From contig CAZDPE010000003.1 of NCBI GenBank assembly GCA_964507235.1, positions 1-61,767 on the forward strand: a DNA stretch of 61,767 nucleotides, read 5' to 3'. The DNA comes from an uncultured Lachnospiraceae bacterium (GTDB lineage Bacteria; Bacillota; Clostridia; Lachnospirales; Lachnospiraceae). Every line of letters starts with the position of its first letter. The first letter of the stretch is position 1. The notes below the pieces were generated by a model. It saw only the letters and a program-made list of their open reading frames with translations, made no database searches and had not been told where the DNA came from. The translations under genes were made by a program, and so were the position numbers. Shown in pieces: positions 39,203 through 49,624 of this stretch.

Positions 39203-40222
39203 ATGGCAAAGGCAGTAAAACTGGCTGATATTGCTAAGATAATGAATGTCAGCACGGTGACTGTTTCTAAGGCATTGTCAAATCAGAAGGGCGTCAGTGA
39301 GGAAATGCGTGAGAAAATCAAGCAGCTGGCGAAGGAAATGGGATACCGCTCGCCGTCAGAAGCAAAAATGATGAGCGCGAAGAAAAGCTATAACATCGGT
39401 ATTATTGTTTCGGAGAGGTATCTTGACCAGTATGAGTCTTTTTACTGGAAAATGTATCAGGCGGTGGCGACAAAAGCCGTTATCAAAGAATGCTTTACCA
39501 TGTTGGAGGTCCTCAGTCTTGAAACAGAGCAGAATCTGGAGCTTCCCAAGCTCCTGAAGGAGCATAAAACGGAAGGAATGATAATCCTTGGTCTTTTGAA
39601 GGAAGACTATCTGAATTTACTGGAACAGAATATTGATGTGCCCTTTATCTGCCTGGATTTCTATGACAGAAAGCATGAATGCGACGCTGTAGTGACGGAT
39701 AATTTTTATGGAATGTATAAGCTGACCAATTATCTGTTTGAAATGGGACATAAAGATATTGCCTATGTGGGAACGCTGCTTTATACCGGCAGTATTACAG
39801 ACAGATATTTCGGATATGCAAAGGCGCTTATGGAAAACGGACAGCAGGTCCGAAATGAGTGGATTATAGAAGACAGGAATATTGAGGACGGTCAGAGGGA
39901 TGATGATTTTGAATTCAAATTTCCTGAAAAAATGCCTACGGCGTTTGTCTGTAACTGCGATCTGACAGCGGGAGAATTTATTAATGTTCTGAAAAAAAGA
40001 GGCTACAGGGTGCCGGAGGATATTTCGGTAGTGGGTTTCGATAATTATATACATCCCGGAATCTGTGATGTGAGGATTACTACCTATGAAGTGGATATTA
40101 AGGAAATGGCAGGAAAAACAATCAATAACCTGCTGAAAAAAATGTCGGGCGAACATTATAAGCAGGGAATTTCCATTGTGGAAGGGCATATGGTGATAAA
40201 GGACAGCGTAAGAAGATTATAA
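39203..40222 (+). CDS. LacI-family transcriptional regulator
   Basis: VKLADIAKIMNVSTVTVSKAL HTH and VPEDISVVGFDN. Confidence 0.92.
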   Translation: MAKAVKLADIAKIMNVSTVTVSKALSNQKGVSEEMREKIKQLAKEMGYRSPSEAKMMSAKKSYNIGIIVSERYLDQYESFYWKMYQAVATKAVIKECFTMLEVLSLETEQNLELPKLLKEHKTEGMIILGLLKEDYLNLLEQNIDVPFICLDFYDRKHECDAVVTDNFYGMYKLTNYLFEMGHKDIAYVGTLLYTGSITDRYFGYAKALMENGQQVRNEWIIEDRNIEDGQRDDDFEFKFPEKMPTAFVCNCDLTAGEFINVLKKRGYRVPEDISVVGFDNYIHPGICDVRITTYEVDIKEMAGKTINNLLKKMSGEHYKQGISIVEGHMVIKDSVRRL

Positions 40223-41110
40223 TATTTTGTTTTGTTTATATTCCAGAGGAGTCTGGCCGGTAAATTTCTTAAAAAGGGAAATAAAATGATTGGTATTGTC
40301 AATGCCTACCCGGCTTCCCACTTCATGGACTTTTAAAGAGGTAGTAAGAAGCAGGTGCTTTGCTACCTCTATTCTTTTTCTGTTCAGATATTGCAGGGGC
40401 GACATATGAAAGGCGGCTCCGAATTCCCTGCAGAGTCTGTATTTGCTGATATGAAAATATTCTTCAAGGCTGTCAAGAGAATAATCTTCCTGAAATTTGG
40501 TATCAAACAATTCCTTCATTTCATTTAAATAAGAAGAAATAAGCTGGGAAGGAGAGCTGTCCGCCAGCTGATAAACGATACAGCTTGTAATAATGGTATT
40601 CAGCAGCGCAGATGATGACAGCACAGAAGTTATTTGCCCGGATATGTCAAAAACAGACAGCTTTTCAAGGCATAATGCTGTTTCCGAATAAGGAGGCAGG
40701 GGCATTATGGCGGTGTTTCCCGGCAATAAATCATAGTAGCTTGAAAGCTGGTTCCCCGATATAAATAAAATCTGGTATTCCCAGGGTGCAATGGCGATAT
40801 CCAGACGAAAGCGTTCATGGCAGTCTAAAAATAAAAGAGAGGACTGCATGAGAGTGTAAACCTGATTCTGAATCAGCAGTTTGCCGCAGCCTTTTTTTGT
40901 ATAAAGCAGCATGTAACAGTCAAGAGAACGAATATCGAAGGAATACGGTGAAAAAGCCTGAATTACGCCGCCTGACAGGATTTGGAGAAAGGGAGAATCG
41001 GAATCGGGTTCTTCTTTATAAATATGTCCCAGAAATTCTTCGGGATTATGTTCGGATGAAAGCTTAGGCGCAGACACCAGTGACTCCAAAAAGGAAGTTT
41101 TTATATTCAT
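40217..41110 (-). CDS. AraC-family transcriptional regulator
   Basis: C-terminal SKYRLCREF...SPLQYL...HFISLFKKFTGQTPLEY. GAGGAG RBS before ATG 41110; the ORF track starts at 41170. Confidence 0.9.
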   Translation of the reverse strand: MNIKTSFLESLVSAPKLSSEHNPEEFLGHIYKEEPDSDSPFLQILSGGVIQAFSPYSFDIRSLDCYMLLYTKKGCGKLLIQNQVYTLMQSSLLFLDCHERFRLDIAIAPWEYQILFISGNQLSSYYDLLPGNTAIMPLPPYSETALCLEKLSVFDISGQITSVLSSSALLNTIITSCIVYQLADSSPSQLISSYLNEMKELFDTKFQEDYSLDSLEEYFHISKYRLCREFGAAFHMSPLQYLNRKRIEVAKHLLLTTSLKVHEVGSRVGIDNTNHFISLFKKFTGQTPLEYKQNKIL

Positions 41111-41496
41111 AAATTCCCATCTCCTCATCTTCTTTTTACCAAGTATATTATATTTTGCATATTTTATCAATTTATTATTTTAAATTAATTAAAAAATAAA
41201 GCTAAAAAATTAGTTAATTTAAGCTAATAATTAATAAAATGTAAATTTTGGGTCAAAAATTGGGAAATTTTGATATACAAAATGCATAAATTATGAGGAT
41301 TAAATTTGTGGAAAAAGAAGAAATGACTAAAATATGCAAGAATAGTATATTATATACAACAATAAGTGATGATTAAAAAATCTAATTAAATATAATTAAA
41401 ATTAAGTTACGAAGGTGACTTGCCGCCAAAAAGAATTAAATCAGCGGCGGCAGAGAAAACAGTTTTAGCAACATTTAAAAAGGAGGATAAGTTATT

Positions 41497-42963
41497 ATGA
41501 AACTGAAAAAGGTTTTAGCGCTTACTCTTGCAGCAGCAATGACATTATCATTAGTTGCATGCGGCGGAAGCAGCGACGATTCAGGTTCTGCAGACACAAC
41601 TACAGATACTGCTGATACTGCAGAAACTACAGACACCACAGACACAGCAACACAGGAGGAAACCACTGATACAGCTGAAGCTGAAACTCCCGAGGGAGTT
41701 CCTTCCTATTCACAGATTACAGTAGGAACAGATTACACAGATTTAACAGCAAGCATTAAGTGGATTCACCACAAGACAGACCGTGAAGAAGACGGTACTA
41801 TTGCAGCTATGATAGCTGAATTCAACAAGGTATATCCTAACATCACAGTTGAAACAGAAGGCGTAACGGATTATGCAGAAGACTCACTGCTTCGTCTTTC
41901 CACAGGCGACTGGGGTGACATTATGTTCATTCCCGCAGTAGACAAGGCTGACTTAAGCACATATTTCTATCCTATTGATACACTTGCAAATCTTGATGCA
42001 GAAATCAATTTCGCAAATATCTGGGAATATGACGGAATCAGCTATGGTGTTCCTTACATGGCAAATGCACAGGGCGTTCTGTATAACAAGGCAGTATTTG
42101 AAGCTGCAGGAATCACAGAGCTTCCTACAACTCCTACAGAGTTCCTTGAAGATTTACAGTTAATCAAGGATAACACAGATGCAATTCCTCTGTATACCAA
42201 CTATGCAGCAGGATGGACCATGGGTGCATGGGATGCTTACATCGGATGTGTATCAAATGGTGATGACACTTATATGAACCAGAAATTTGTTCATACCGCA
42301 TCTCCTTTTGAAGATCCCGGTGATGATACAGGTATTTACAATCTGTACAGAATTCTTTATGAAGCAGTAGCTGACGGCTTAATTGAAGAAGACTATACAA
42401 CAACCGACTGGGAAGGCTGCAAGGGTATGCTGAACAACGGTGAAATCGGTACAATGGTACTTGGTTCATGGGCATATGCCCAGATGGTTGAAGCCGGTGA
42501 CCACGGTGAAGATGTTGGATACATGCCGTTCCCTATAACAGTTGGCGGAACACAGTATGCATTGGCAGGCGGTGACTACAGCTATGGCATCAACGTTAAC
42601 TCTTCTGATGAGAACAAGACAGCTGCTATGGTATTCATTAAATGGATGACAGAGGAATCCGGATGGTGCTATAACGAAGGCGGCTACACAGTAGATAAGG
42701 ATGGCGAAAATCCTGATTTGTATGCTGCATTTGACGGCGCTACAGTATTAAGCGACCAGCCTGCCCTTGACGGCGAAGCTGATTTCTTAAATCAGATGAA
42801 CTCTGAATCCGAACTTTCCTTCAATGCAGGAGGAAACGCTAAGGTACAGAGAATCGTTGAAGCGGGAGCTACGGGTTCTGAAAGCTTTGATGATATTATG
42901 GCTGACTGGACAGCTGCTTGGAATGCGGCACAGGAAGAACTTGGTATTGAAGTATTATACTAA
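41497..42963 (+). CDS. Carbohydrate (beta-mannooligosaccharide) ABC transporter substrate-binding lipoprotein
   Basis: Lipobox LVAC, Thr/Asp-rich linker, LYNKAVFEAAG, AGGAGG RBS. Substrate is inferred from context. Confidence 0.9.
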   Translation: MKLKKVLALTLAAAMTLSLVACGGSSDDSGSADTTTDTADTAETTDTTDTATQEETTDTAEAETPEGVPSYSQITVGTDYTDLTASIKWIHHKTDREEDGTIAAMIAEFNKVYPNITVETEGVTDYAEDSLLRLSTGDWGDIMFIPAVDKADLSTYFYPIDTLANLDAEINFANIWEYDGISYGVPYMANAQGVLYNKAVFEAAGITELPTTPTEFLEDLQLIKDNTDAIPLYTNYAAGWTMGAWDAYIGCVSNGDDTYMNQKFVHTASPFEDPGDDTGIYNLYRILYEAVADGLIEEDYTTTDWEGCKGMLNNGEIGTMVLGSWAYAQMVEAGDHGEDVGYMPFPITVGGTQYALAGGDYSYGINVNSSDENKTAAMVFIKWMTEESGWCYNEGGYTVDKDGENPDLYAAFDGATVLSDQPALDGEADFLNQMNSESELSFNAGGNAKVQRIVEAGATGSESFDDIMADWTAAWNAAQEELGIEVLY

Positions 42964-43003
42964 TTTGAAGCCTTGAATTCGGCAGTATTTGAGGATTGAT
43001 ATG

Positions 43004-43033
43004 GAGCCGGGGGGAGGTATCTCCCCCCGGCTC
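43004..43033 (+). promoter_or_regulatory. Strong intercistronic stem-loop after the SBP gene
   Basis: gagccggggggag-gtat-ctccccccggctc, a perfect 13-bp stem with no U tract. Confidence 0.65.
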
Positions 43034-43075
43034 TGATATATCCAGGATGTATCTGTTATCAGGAGGAAAGAGAGT

Positions 43076-44080
43076 ATGGCAATGGTTCAGGCTGTTAGGC
43101 CGAAAAAGAAAAAAACTTTTGGGGAATGGGCGAAAAGCAGGGACGGACAGAAAGTGTTTGTTATGATTGCCTTTATGATTATCCCGTTGGTATTATTATT
43201 TACCTTTACTTATCTGCCTTTTGCAGAAATGTTTGGTTTCAGCTTTTATGATATGAAATATATCGGGGCAAGAAAGTATGTGGGACTTAAGAATTATCTT
43301 AAGGTATTTCAAAGAGATGACTGTTTTGGCGCATTGAAATTAAGTATATATTATATGGTTGGTTCCGTGGTGCAGCTGGCGCTTGCCTTGTATCTGGCAA
43401 CTATTTTAAGCTTTAAGGTAAAAGGGGGAAGTATATTTAAGGGATTTATGTTTTTTCCTTATCTGATTAATGGCATTGCTATTGGTTTTATCTTTAAATT
43501 CTTCTATACCAGAGGCTTCGTGTTCGATACAGTGCTTCAGTGGTGCGGATTTCAGCTTGACAATCTGCCCTACTGGCTAAAGGATCAGAGGATTAATAAT
43601 ATTTCCCTGGTAGGCACCTCCGTATGGCGTTATTTCGGGCAGAATATGGTACTTTTTATCGGAGCCATCATGTCTGTGGATTCGGAATTATATGAAGCGG
43701 CTATGCTGGACGGCGCCAACAGGTTCCAGCAGTTTAAATATATTATTCTTCCAAGTATCAAAACTATTATTACATTGAATGTTATCCTGTCAATTACAGG
43801 TTCCTTAAGCGCATTTGAACCTCCTTATGTTATTACCGACGGCGCAAACGGCACGGGTACTTATTTTGTAGTTATGCATGAAATTGCACATACCCAGCAG
43901 AAGGTTGGCCTGGCTTCGGCGATGGCAATTGTTCTTCTGATGATTATTTTTGCGGTAACTATCTTACAGAAGCTGTTCTTTAAATATGTATTTAGGAGCG
44001 CTGAGGATGAGGATAAGAATGCAGCTGCAAAGCGTGAGAAAAAGCTGGCGAAACTGGCAGCTGGAAAGGAGGGCAGATAA
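43076..44080 (+). CDS. Carbohydrate ABC transporter permease
   Basis: LYEAAMLDGA EAA motif and TM segments. Confidence 0.92.
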   Translation: MAMVQAVRPKKKKTFGEWAKSRDGQKVFVMIAFMIIPLVLLFTFTYLPFAEMFGFSFYDMKYIGARKYVGLKNYLKVFQRDDCFGALKLSIYYMVGSVVQLALALYLATILSFKVKGGSIFKGFMFFPYLINGIAIGFIFKFFYTRGFVFDTVLQWCGFQLDNLPYWLKDQRINNISLVGTSVWRYFGQNMVLFIGAIMSVDSELYEAAMLDGANRFQQFKYIILPSIKTIITLNVILSITGSLSAFEPPYVITDGANGTGTYFVVMHEIAHTQQKVGLASAMAIVLLMIIFAVTILQKLFFKYVFRSAEDEDKNAAAKREKKLAKLAAGKEGR

Positions 44081-44929
44081 ATGACAATCTTTCAGAAAAT
44101 CGGCAAATATTTACTGGTTATCCTTAAATATTTTTCATTGGTATTTTTCTCTTTTGTGGCAGTGCTGCCCGTAGTTTCCTGCGTGATCACTGCGTTTAAG
44201 ACGGATACGGAGTATCAGCAGACAAACGTTATGACGCTTCCGGAAAGCTGGCTGAATTTTGAAAATTTCATCCAGGCTTTTCAAAAAGCCAATATGGGAA
44301 AGGCGTTTATTAATTCCGCAATTATTCTGGTCTGCGTGTTAATTGCCTCTACGCTGATCGGAACACAGCTTGCTTATGTTTTAAACAGATTTAAATTTCC
44401 CGGGAACGGAATTATCCGTAATTTGTTCTTATTTGCATCCCAGCTTCCCGGTGTTGCCATGCAGATTGCAGTTTATGAAATTATGTATAAATTGGGCTTT
44501 ATTAATTCCCTGATCGGATATATCATAATGATGTGCGGCACTGACATTATCTCCATATATATTTATATCCAGTTCTTTGAGAATATTGATTATTCCCTGG
44601 ATGAATCGGGTATTATGGATGGCGCTTCTTATTTTACAATTTTTTATAAGATTTTGCTGCCGCTCCTTAAGCCTGCAATTGTCACCTCCTGCATTTTAAA
44701 GGGAGTAGGTACCTATAATGAATATTATTCTGCAAACCTGTATCTGCAGGATAAAAAGAATCTGCCCACGGTAGCCACTTCCCTGTATACCTTCGTAGGA
44801 CCTCTGGGAAGTAAATACAATCTGATATGCGCAGGCGTTATTATTTCTCTGCTTCCGGCACTGATTGTGTTTATTACCTGTCAGAAGCAGATTTACAGCG
44901 GACTTACAGCAGGAGCTGTTAAGGGTTAG
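44081..44929 (+). CDS. Carbohydrate ABC transporter permease
   Basis: LDESGIMDGAS EAA-like motif and GLTAGAVKG terminus. Confidence 0.92.
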   Translation: MTIFQKIGKYLLVILKYFSLVFFSFVAVLPVVSCVITAFKTDTEYQQTNVMTLPESWLNFENFIQAFQKANMGKAFINSAIILVCVLIASTLIGTQLAYVLNRFKFPGNGIIRNLFLFASQLPGVAMQIAVYEIMYKLGFINSLIGYIIMMCGTDIISIYIYIQFFENIDYSLDESGIMDGASYFTIFYKILLPLLKPAIVTSCILKGVGTYNEYYSANLYLQDKKNLPTVATSLYTFVGPLGSKYNLICAGVIISLLPALIVFITCQKQIYSGLTAGAVKG

Positions 44930-44947
44930 TCAGAAGGAGGTATTAAA

Positions 44948-46111
44948 ATGATGGCAGAAGAAATAAGGTCCCATTTGACGGAAAAGATCATTCCCTTTTG
45001 GAAGTCTTTAAGGGATGATGAATATGGCGGCTATTATGGATGGATGGATTACGACCTTAAGCTGGATAAAAAGGCAGTGAAGGGATGCATTTTAAACAGC
45101 CGCATAACATGGTTCTTCTCCAACGCTTATACGCTTTTAAAGGATGAAAGTCTTTTAGAAGAAGCAAAACATGGATTTGCCTTCATGAAAGAGCATTGCA
45201 TGGATAAAGAAAACGGAGGCATCTACTGGTCAATTCAATATAATGGTGAGCCGGAAGATACCACCAAGCACACTTATAACCAGGCTTTTTCCATCTATGC
45301 TCTTTCCTCCTATTATGAAGCATCGCAGGATGAAGAGGCATTAAATATGGCAAAGGATTTGTTTCATATTATTGAAACAAAGTGTACTGATGAAATCGGT
45401 TACAAAGAAGCCTTTGACAAAGAGTTTCATGAAATTGAAAATGATAAGCTTTCTGAAAACGGCGTCATTGCGGAAAAAACAATGAATACCCTGCTGCATG
45501 TGTTTGAAGCTTATACGGAGCTTTACCGCGTAGCAGGCCTGCCGGAAGTAAAAGAAAGACTTGAGTGGATTATGGATACTTTTGCAGAAAAAGTATATAA
45601 TCCGCAGCTGCACAGGCAGGAAGTATTTTTTGACGCCAATATGAATTCCATTCTTGATTTGCATTCCTACGGCCATGATATTGAAACAGCATGGCTGATT
45701 GACAGGGGTGTAGAGGTTTTAGGTGAAAAGAAATATGAAGAGAAAATGTCACCTATTACGAAGGATTTAACAGCTCAGATTTATAAAACAGCTTTTGACG
45801 GACATTCTCTTGCTAATGAATGTGAAAAGGGCGTGGTTAATACACATCGTATCTGGTGGGTTCAGGCAGAAACTGTCGTCGGATTTTTGAACGGCTGGCA
45901 GAAAAATCCGGATAAACCGGAGTATCTGGAGGCGGTCAGGGCCGAGTGGGCTTTTATCAAAGAACATGTAATTGATAAAAGAAACGGTTCCGAGTGGTTC
46001 TGGGAGGTGGATGCTGAAGGAAAGCCTTTTGAAGGGCGGCCTATTGTAGAACCCTGGAAATGCCCTTATCACAACGGCAGAATGTGTTTTGAAGTGATAA
46101 AAAGATGCTGA
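44948..46111 (+). CDS. AGE-family mannobiose/cellobiose 2-epimerase
   Basis: KGCILNSRITWFFS, KTMNTLLHVFEAY, SYGHDIE, WWVQAE, WKCPYHNGR. Confidence 0.92.
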   Translation: MMAEEIRSHLTEKIIPFWKSLRDDEYGGYYGWMDYDLKLDKKAVKGCILNSRITWFFSNAYTLLKDESLLEEAKHGFAFMKEHCMDKENGGIYWSIQYNGEPEDTTKHTYNQAFSIYALSSYYEASQDEEALNMAKDLFHIIETKCTDEIGYKEAFDKEFHEIENDKLSENGVIAEKTMNTLLHVFEAYTELYRVAGLPEVKERLEWIMDTFAEKVYNPQLHRQEVFFDANMNSILDLHSYGHDIETAWLIDRGVEVLGEKKYEEKMSPITKDLTAQIYKTAFDGHSLANECEKGVVNTHRIWWVQAETVVGFLNGWQKNPDKPEYLEAVRAEWAFIKEHVIDKRNGSEWFWEVDAEGKPFEGRPIVEPWKCPYHNGRMCFEVIKRC

Positions 46112-46137
46112 CTTAAATTTATTTCGGAAAGAGGTGT

Positions 46138-47316
46138 ATGATGTTGCATAAGAAGTATACGGAAGAATTAAAAAAGTATGAGGCTTTAATCAGCAGAAAA
46201 AATGAGGTAGATACGGACTTTTATAATGGCGTATATGATAAATATAAATATCCGGTTCTGACAAGAGAGCATATTCCGCTCACATGGCAGTATGATTTAA
46301 ATCCTGAAACCAATCCTTACTTTATGAAAAGGCTTGGAATTAATGCAGTCCTGAATTCAGGCGCCATTGAATTGAATGGAAAGTATTATCTGGTGGCAAG
46401 AATTGAAGGAGATGACAGAAAGTCTTTCTTTGGCGTGGCAGAAAGCGATAACGGAGTGGACGGTTTTCGCTTTTGGGATTATCCGATTCTTCTTCCGGAT
46501 ACCTGCCCTGAGGAAACCAATGTTTATGATATGCGTCTGACCAAGCATGAGGATGGGTATATTTACGGGGTATTCTGTTCTGAAAGCAAGGATACTTCCG
46601 TTAATGACTTGTCAGCAGCAGTGGCAGCAGCGGGAATTGTCAGAACTAAGGATTTAAAAACATGGGAGAGGCTTCCTAATCTGGTAACCCTGAATTCTCC
46701 CCAGCAGAGAAATGTAGTGCTTCATCCGGAATTTGTGAATGGTAAGTATGCTTTTTATACAAGGCCTATGGATGATTTTATTGAAACGGGTTCTGGCGGA
46801 GGAATCGGCTTTGGACTTTGCGATGATATTACTCATGCTGTCATTGATGAAGAAAAGATGACAAGTCTGCGTAAGTACCATACTATAACGGAAGCAAAGA
46901 ACGGAGCCGGAGCGGTGCCTATTAAGACGGAAAAGGGCTGGATTCACATTGCCCACGGGGTAAGAAATACAGCGGCCGGACTTCGTTATGTAATTTATGC
47001 TTTTGCAACGGATTTGAAGGATCCTTCCAGAGTAATCGCAGAGCCTTCAGGACTCCTGATTGGACCAAGAGGCGGAGAAAGAGTCGGAGATGTATCCAAT
47101 GTGGTATTTACCAATGGAGCAATAGCAAATGACAAGGGTGAAGTATTTATTTATTATGCTTCCAGCGATACAAGAATGCATGTGGCAGTTACTACTATAG
47201 ATAAATTGATTGATTATGTCTTTAATACACCTGAAGACCCTTTAAGAAGTGTGGAGTGTGTAGCTCAAAGATGTGATTTGATTAAAAAGAATCTGGAATT
47301 TTTAGCCCGGCAGTAA
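46138..47316 (+). CDS. GH130 4-O-beta-D-mannosyl-D-glucose phosphorylase
   Basis: [50 protein letters not shown]. Confidence 0.9.
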   Translation: MMLHKKYTEELKKYEALISRKNEVDTDFYNGVYDKYKYPVLTREHIPLTWQYDLNPETNPYFMKRLGINAVLNSGAIELNGKYYLVARIEGDDRKSFFGVAESDNGVDGFRFWDYPILLPDTCPEETNVYDMRLTKHEDGYIYGVFCSESKDTSVNDLSAAVAAAGIVRTKDLKTWERLPNLVTLNSPQQRNVVLHPEFVNGKYAFYTRPMDDFIETGSGGGIGFGLCDDITHAVIDEEKMTSLRKYHTITEAKNGAGAVPIKTEKGWIHIAHGVRNTAAGLRYVIYAFATDLKDPSRVIAEPSGLLIGPRGGERVGDVSNVVFTNGAIANDKGEVFIYYASSDTRMHVAVTTIDKLIDYVFNTPEDPLRSVECVAQRCDLIKKNLEFLARQ

Positions 47317-47371
47317 TTTATAAACCAATAAAAGAAAATAAACGTGCCAATGGCGCAGAAATGAGGAAAAG

Positions 47372-48394
47372 ATGAGCGAGATTAAGATGATTGCCCCCAC
47401 AGTCAAAAATGTACCCTGGCAGGAAAGACCTGCAAACCTTAAGGGAGCACCTGTGTGGAGATATACAGAAAATCCCATTATCGGCAGAAATCCGGTAAAG
47501 AATGTTGCAAGAATCTTTAACAGTGCGGTAATGCCTTACGGAGATGAATTTATTGGCGTGTTCCGCGGCGAGCAGACTAATGGTATTCCTTATATTTATA
47601 TGGGAAGAAGCAAGGATGCCATTCATTGGGATTTTGATGAAAATAAGATACCCTTTGTGGATGAAGAAGGCAAGCCTTTCATGCCCAGATATGCATATGA
47701 CCCCAGACTGGTTAAGGTAGAGGATACCTATTATATTATTTGGTGTCAGGATTTTTACGGCGCTGCAATCGGTATGGCAAAAACTACCGATTTCAAGACC
47801 TTTACAAGACTCGAAAATCCCTTTATTCCCTATAACAGAAATGCCGTATTGTTCCCCAGAAAGATTAACGGAAATTATATGCTGCTGAGCAGGCCTTCTG
47901 ACAGCGGTCATACTCCCTTCGGCGATATCTTTGTAAGTGAAAGTCCTGACCTTGTATATTGGGGCAAACACAGACATGTAATGGGAAAAGGCAATGAATG
48001 GTGGGAGTCGGTTAAAATCGGCGGCGGCGCAGCTCCTATTGAAACAAGCGAAGGCTGGCTTCTGTTCTATCATGGCGTAAGCGGAACCTGCAACGGTTTT
48101 GTTTATTCCATCGGCGGCGCTATTTTAGACCTTGAGAATCCTTCTATTGTGAAATACAGATGTGAAAACTTCCTTTTGACACCTGAAGAATGGTATGAAG
48201 AAAGAGGCTTTGTTCCTAACGTATGTTTCCCCTGCGCAACCATTCATGACCCGGAAAGCGGAAGAATTGCTATTTATTATGGCTGTGCGGACAGCTATGT
48301 AGGACTTGCTTTTACACAGTTTGAAGATATTATGGCTTATATCAAAGAGAACAGTGTAGTAACAGAATCTGATACGGAAATCGGAAGAAGATAA
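47372..48394 (+). CDS. GH130 beta-1,4-mannooligosaccharide phosphorylase
   Basis: RIFNSAV, YAYDPR, NRNAVLFP, SRPSDSGHTPFG, GFVPNVCFP. Confidence 0.9.
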   Translation: MSEIKMIAPTVKNVPWQERPANLKGAPVWRYTENPIIGRNPVKNVARIFNSAVMPYGDEFIGVFRGEQTNGIPYIYMGRSKDAIHWDFDENKIPFVDEEGKPFMPRYAYDPRLVKVEDTYYIIWCQDFYGAAIGMAKTTDFKTFTRLENPFIPYNRNAVLFPRKINGNYMLLSRPSDSGHTPFGDIFVSESPDLVYWGKHRHVMGKGNEWWESVKIGGGAAPIETSEGWLLFYHGVSGTCNGFVYSIGGAILDLENPSIVKYRCENFLLTPEEWYEERGFVPNVCFPCATIHDPESGRIAIYYGCADSYVGLAFTQFEDIMAYIKENSVVTESDTEIGRR

Positions 48395-48419
48395 TAGTTG
48401 CACTTGCGTGTGCAAGAAG

Positions 48420-48449
48420 AAAGGGCTTGCCATAGGGCAGGCCCTTTTT
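48420..48449 (+). terminator. Putative intrinsic terminator
   Basis: aaagggcttgcc-atag-ggcaggcccttt followed by T's. Confidence 0.65.
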
Positions 48450-48475
48450 AATAAAGAGTAAAGGAGATTGGTGAC

Positions 48476-49603
48476 ATGGCATACAATGTACATCCTGAAA
48501 AGGGAATGATTAACAGGGGAAACTGGTATCGCATAAAGGAATGTATGAAAAAGGCAGCAAGAGGAGAAAAGATAACCACAGGATTTCTGGGTGGTTCTAT
48601 TACGCAGGGAAGTCTTTCCTCTGCCCCGGAAACATGTTATGCCTATTTGGTATATGAATGGTGGAAAAATAAATTTCCGAAATCTGAGATTACATTTATT
48701 AATGCCGGAATCGGAGGAACAACTTCTCAATTTGGCGTTTCAAGGGTAGAAGACCATCTGCTTAAATATAATCCTGACTTTGTACTGATAGAATTTGCTG
48801 TAAATGATGACAATACAGAGTTTTTTGAGGAAACCTATGAAGGACTTATCCGCAGAACTCTTGGCGATAAATGTTCGCCTGCGCTTATGCTGATGAATAA
48901 TGTACGGTATGACAACGGAGTGAACGCGCAGGAAATGCATCTTAAGGTTGCAGAAGCTTATGAGCTTCCCATGGTAAGCATGAAATCCACAATCTGGCCT
49001 GAAGTGGAGAGCGGAAGAATTCCTAACCGGGAAATTACGCCGGATGATTTGCATCCCAATGATGCAGGTCATCAGCTGGTAGCGCAGGTAATTACTGCAT
49101 TCCTTGACAGTGTATATAAAGATATTGAAACGGAAGAAAAGCCTTCGGATTTCGGAGGGAGGACGCTGCCGGATGCCATTACGGCCAACGCTTATGAAAA
49201 ATCGGTGCGTTATCAAAATGATAATTCAATACCTGATTCGCGGGGATTTGCTGCGGATAACGGGCCGCAGAATGATATTCGTGAGGTTTTCAGAAAAGGA
49301 TGGACAGCCTGGAAGAAAGGGGATACCATTTCCTTTACCATAGACTGTACGGGCGTTGCCGTACAGTACAGAAAATCCGTGAAAAAGCCTACCTGCATTG
49401 CAAAGGCAGTAGTAGACGGCAGAGAAAATGAAGCAGTGATACTTGACGGTAATTTCGATGAAGATTGGGGAGATTGTCTGTATATTGATACAATTACAAG
49501 GCACATGGAACCGGGAAAGCATACGGTAGAAATAACCGTAATCGAAGCTCATGAGGATGATGCAGTGCCGTTTTATCTGGTTTCGGTAATTGGCTCCAAT
49601 TAA
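48476..49603 (+). CDS. SGNH/GDSL hydrolase, probable mannan acetylesterase (CE17-like)
   Basis: FLGGSITQG, NAGIGGTTS, EFAVND and DDLHPND blocks plus a C-terminal beta domain, in mannan locus context. Confidence 0.82.
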   Translation: MAYNVHPEKGMINRGNWYRIKECMKKAARGEKITTGFLGGSITQGSLSSAPETCYAYLVYEWWKNKFPKSEITFINAGIGGTTSQFGVSRVEDHLLKYNPDFVLIEFAVNDDNTEFFEETYEGLIRRTLGDKCSPALMLMNNVRYDNGVNAQEMHLKVAEAYELPMVSMKSTIWPEVESGRIPNREITPDDLHPNDAGHQLVAQVITAFLDSVYKDIETEEKPSDFGGRTLPDAITANAYEKSVRYQNDNSIPDSRGFAADNGPQNDIREVFRKGWTAWKKGDTISFTIDCTGVAVQYRKSVKKPTCIAKAVVDGRENEAVILDGNFDEDWGDCLYIDTITRHMEPGKHTVEITVIEAHEDDAVPFYLVSVIGSN

Positions 49604-49624
49604 TTGTGAGAAGAGGGGTAAGGT

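Noticed and set aside
41570-41690. Repetitive Thr/Asp/Ala-coding stretch resembling a repeat array
   Set aside because: A low-complexity linker after the SBP lipobox, with no fixed repeat-spacer period, so not a CRISPR array.
47318-48730. Antisense ORFs of 251 aa and 201 aa
   Set aside because: Shadows of the GH130 and esterase genes.
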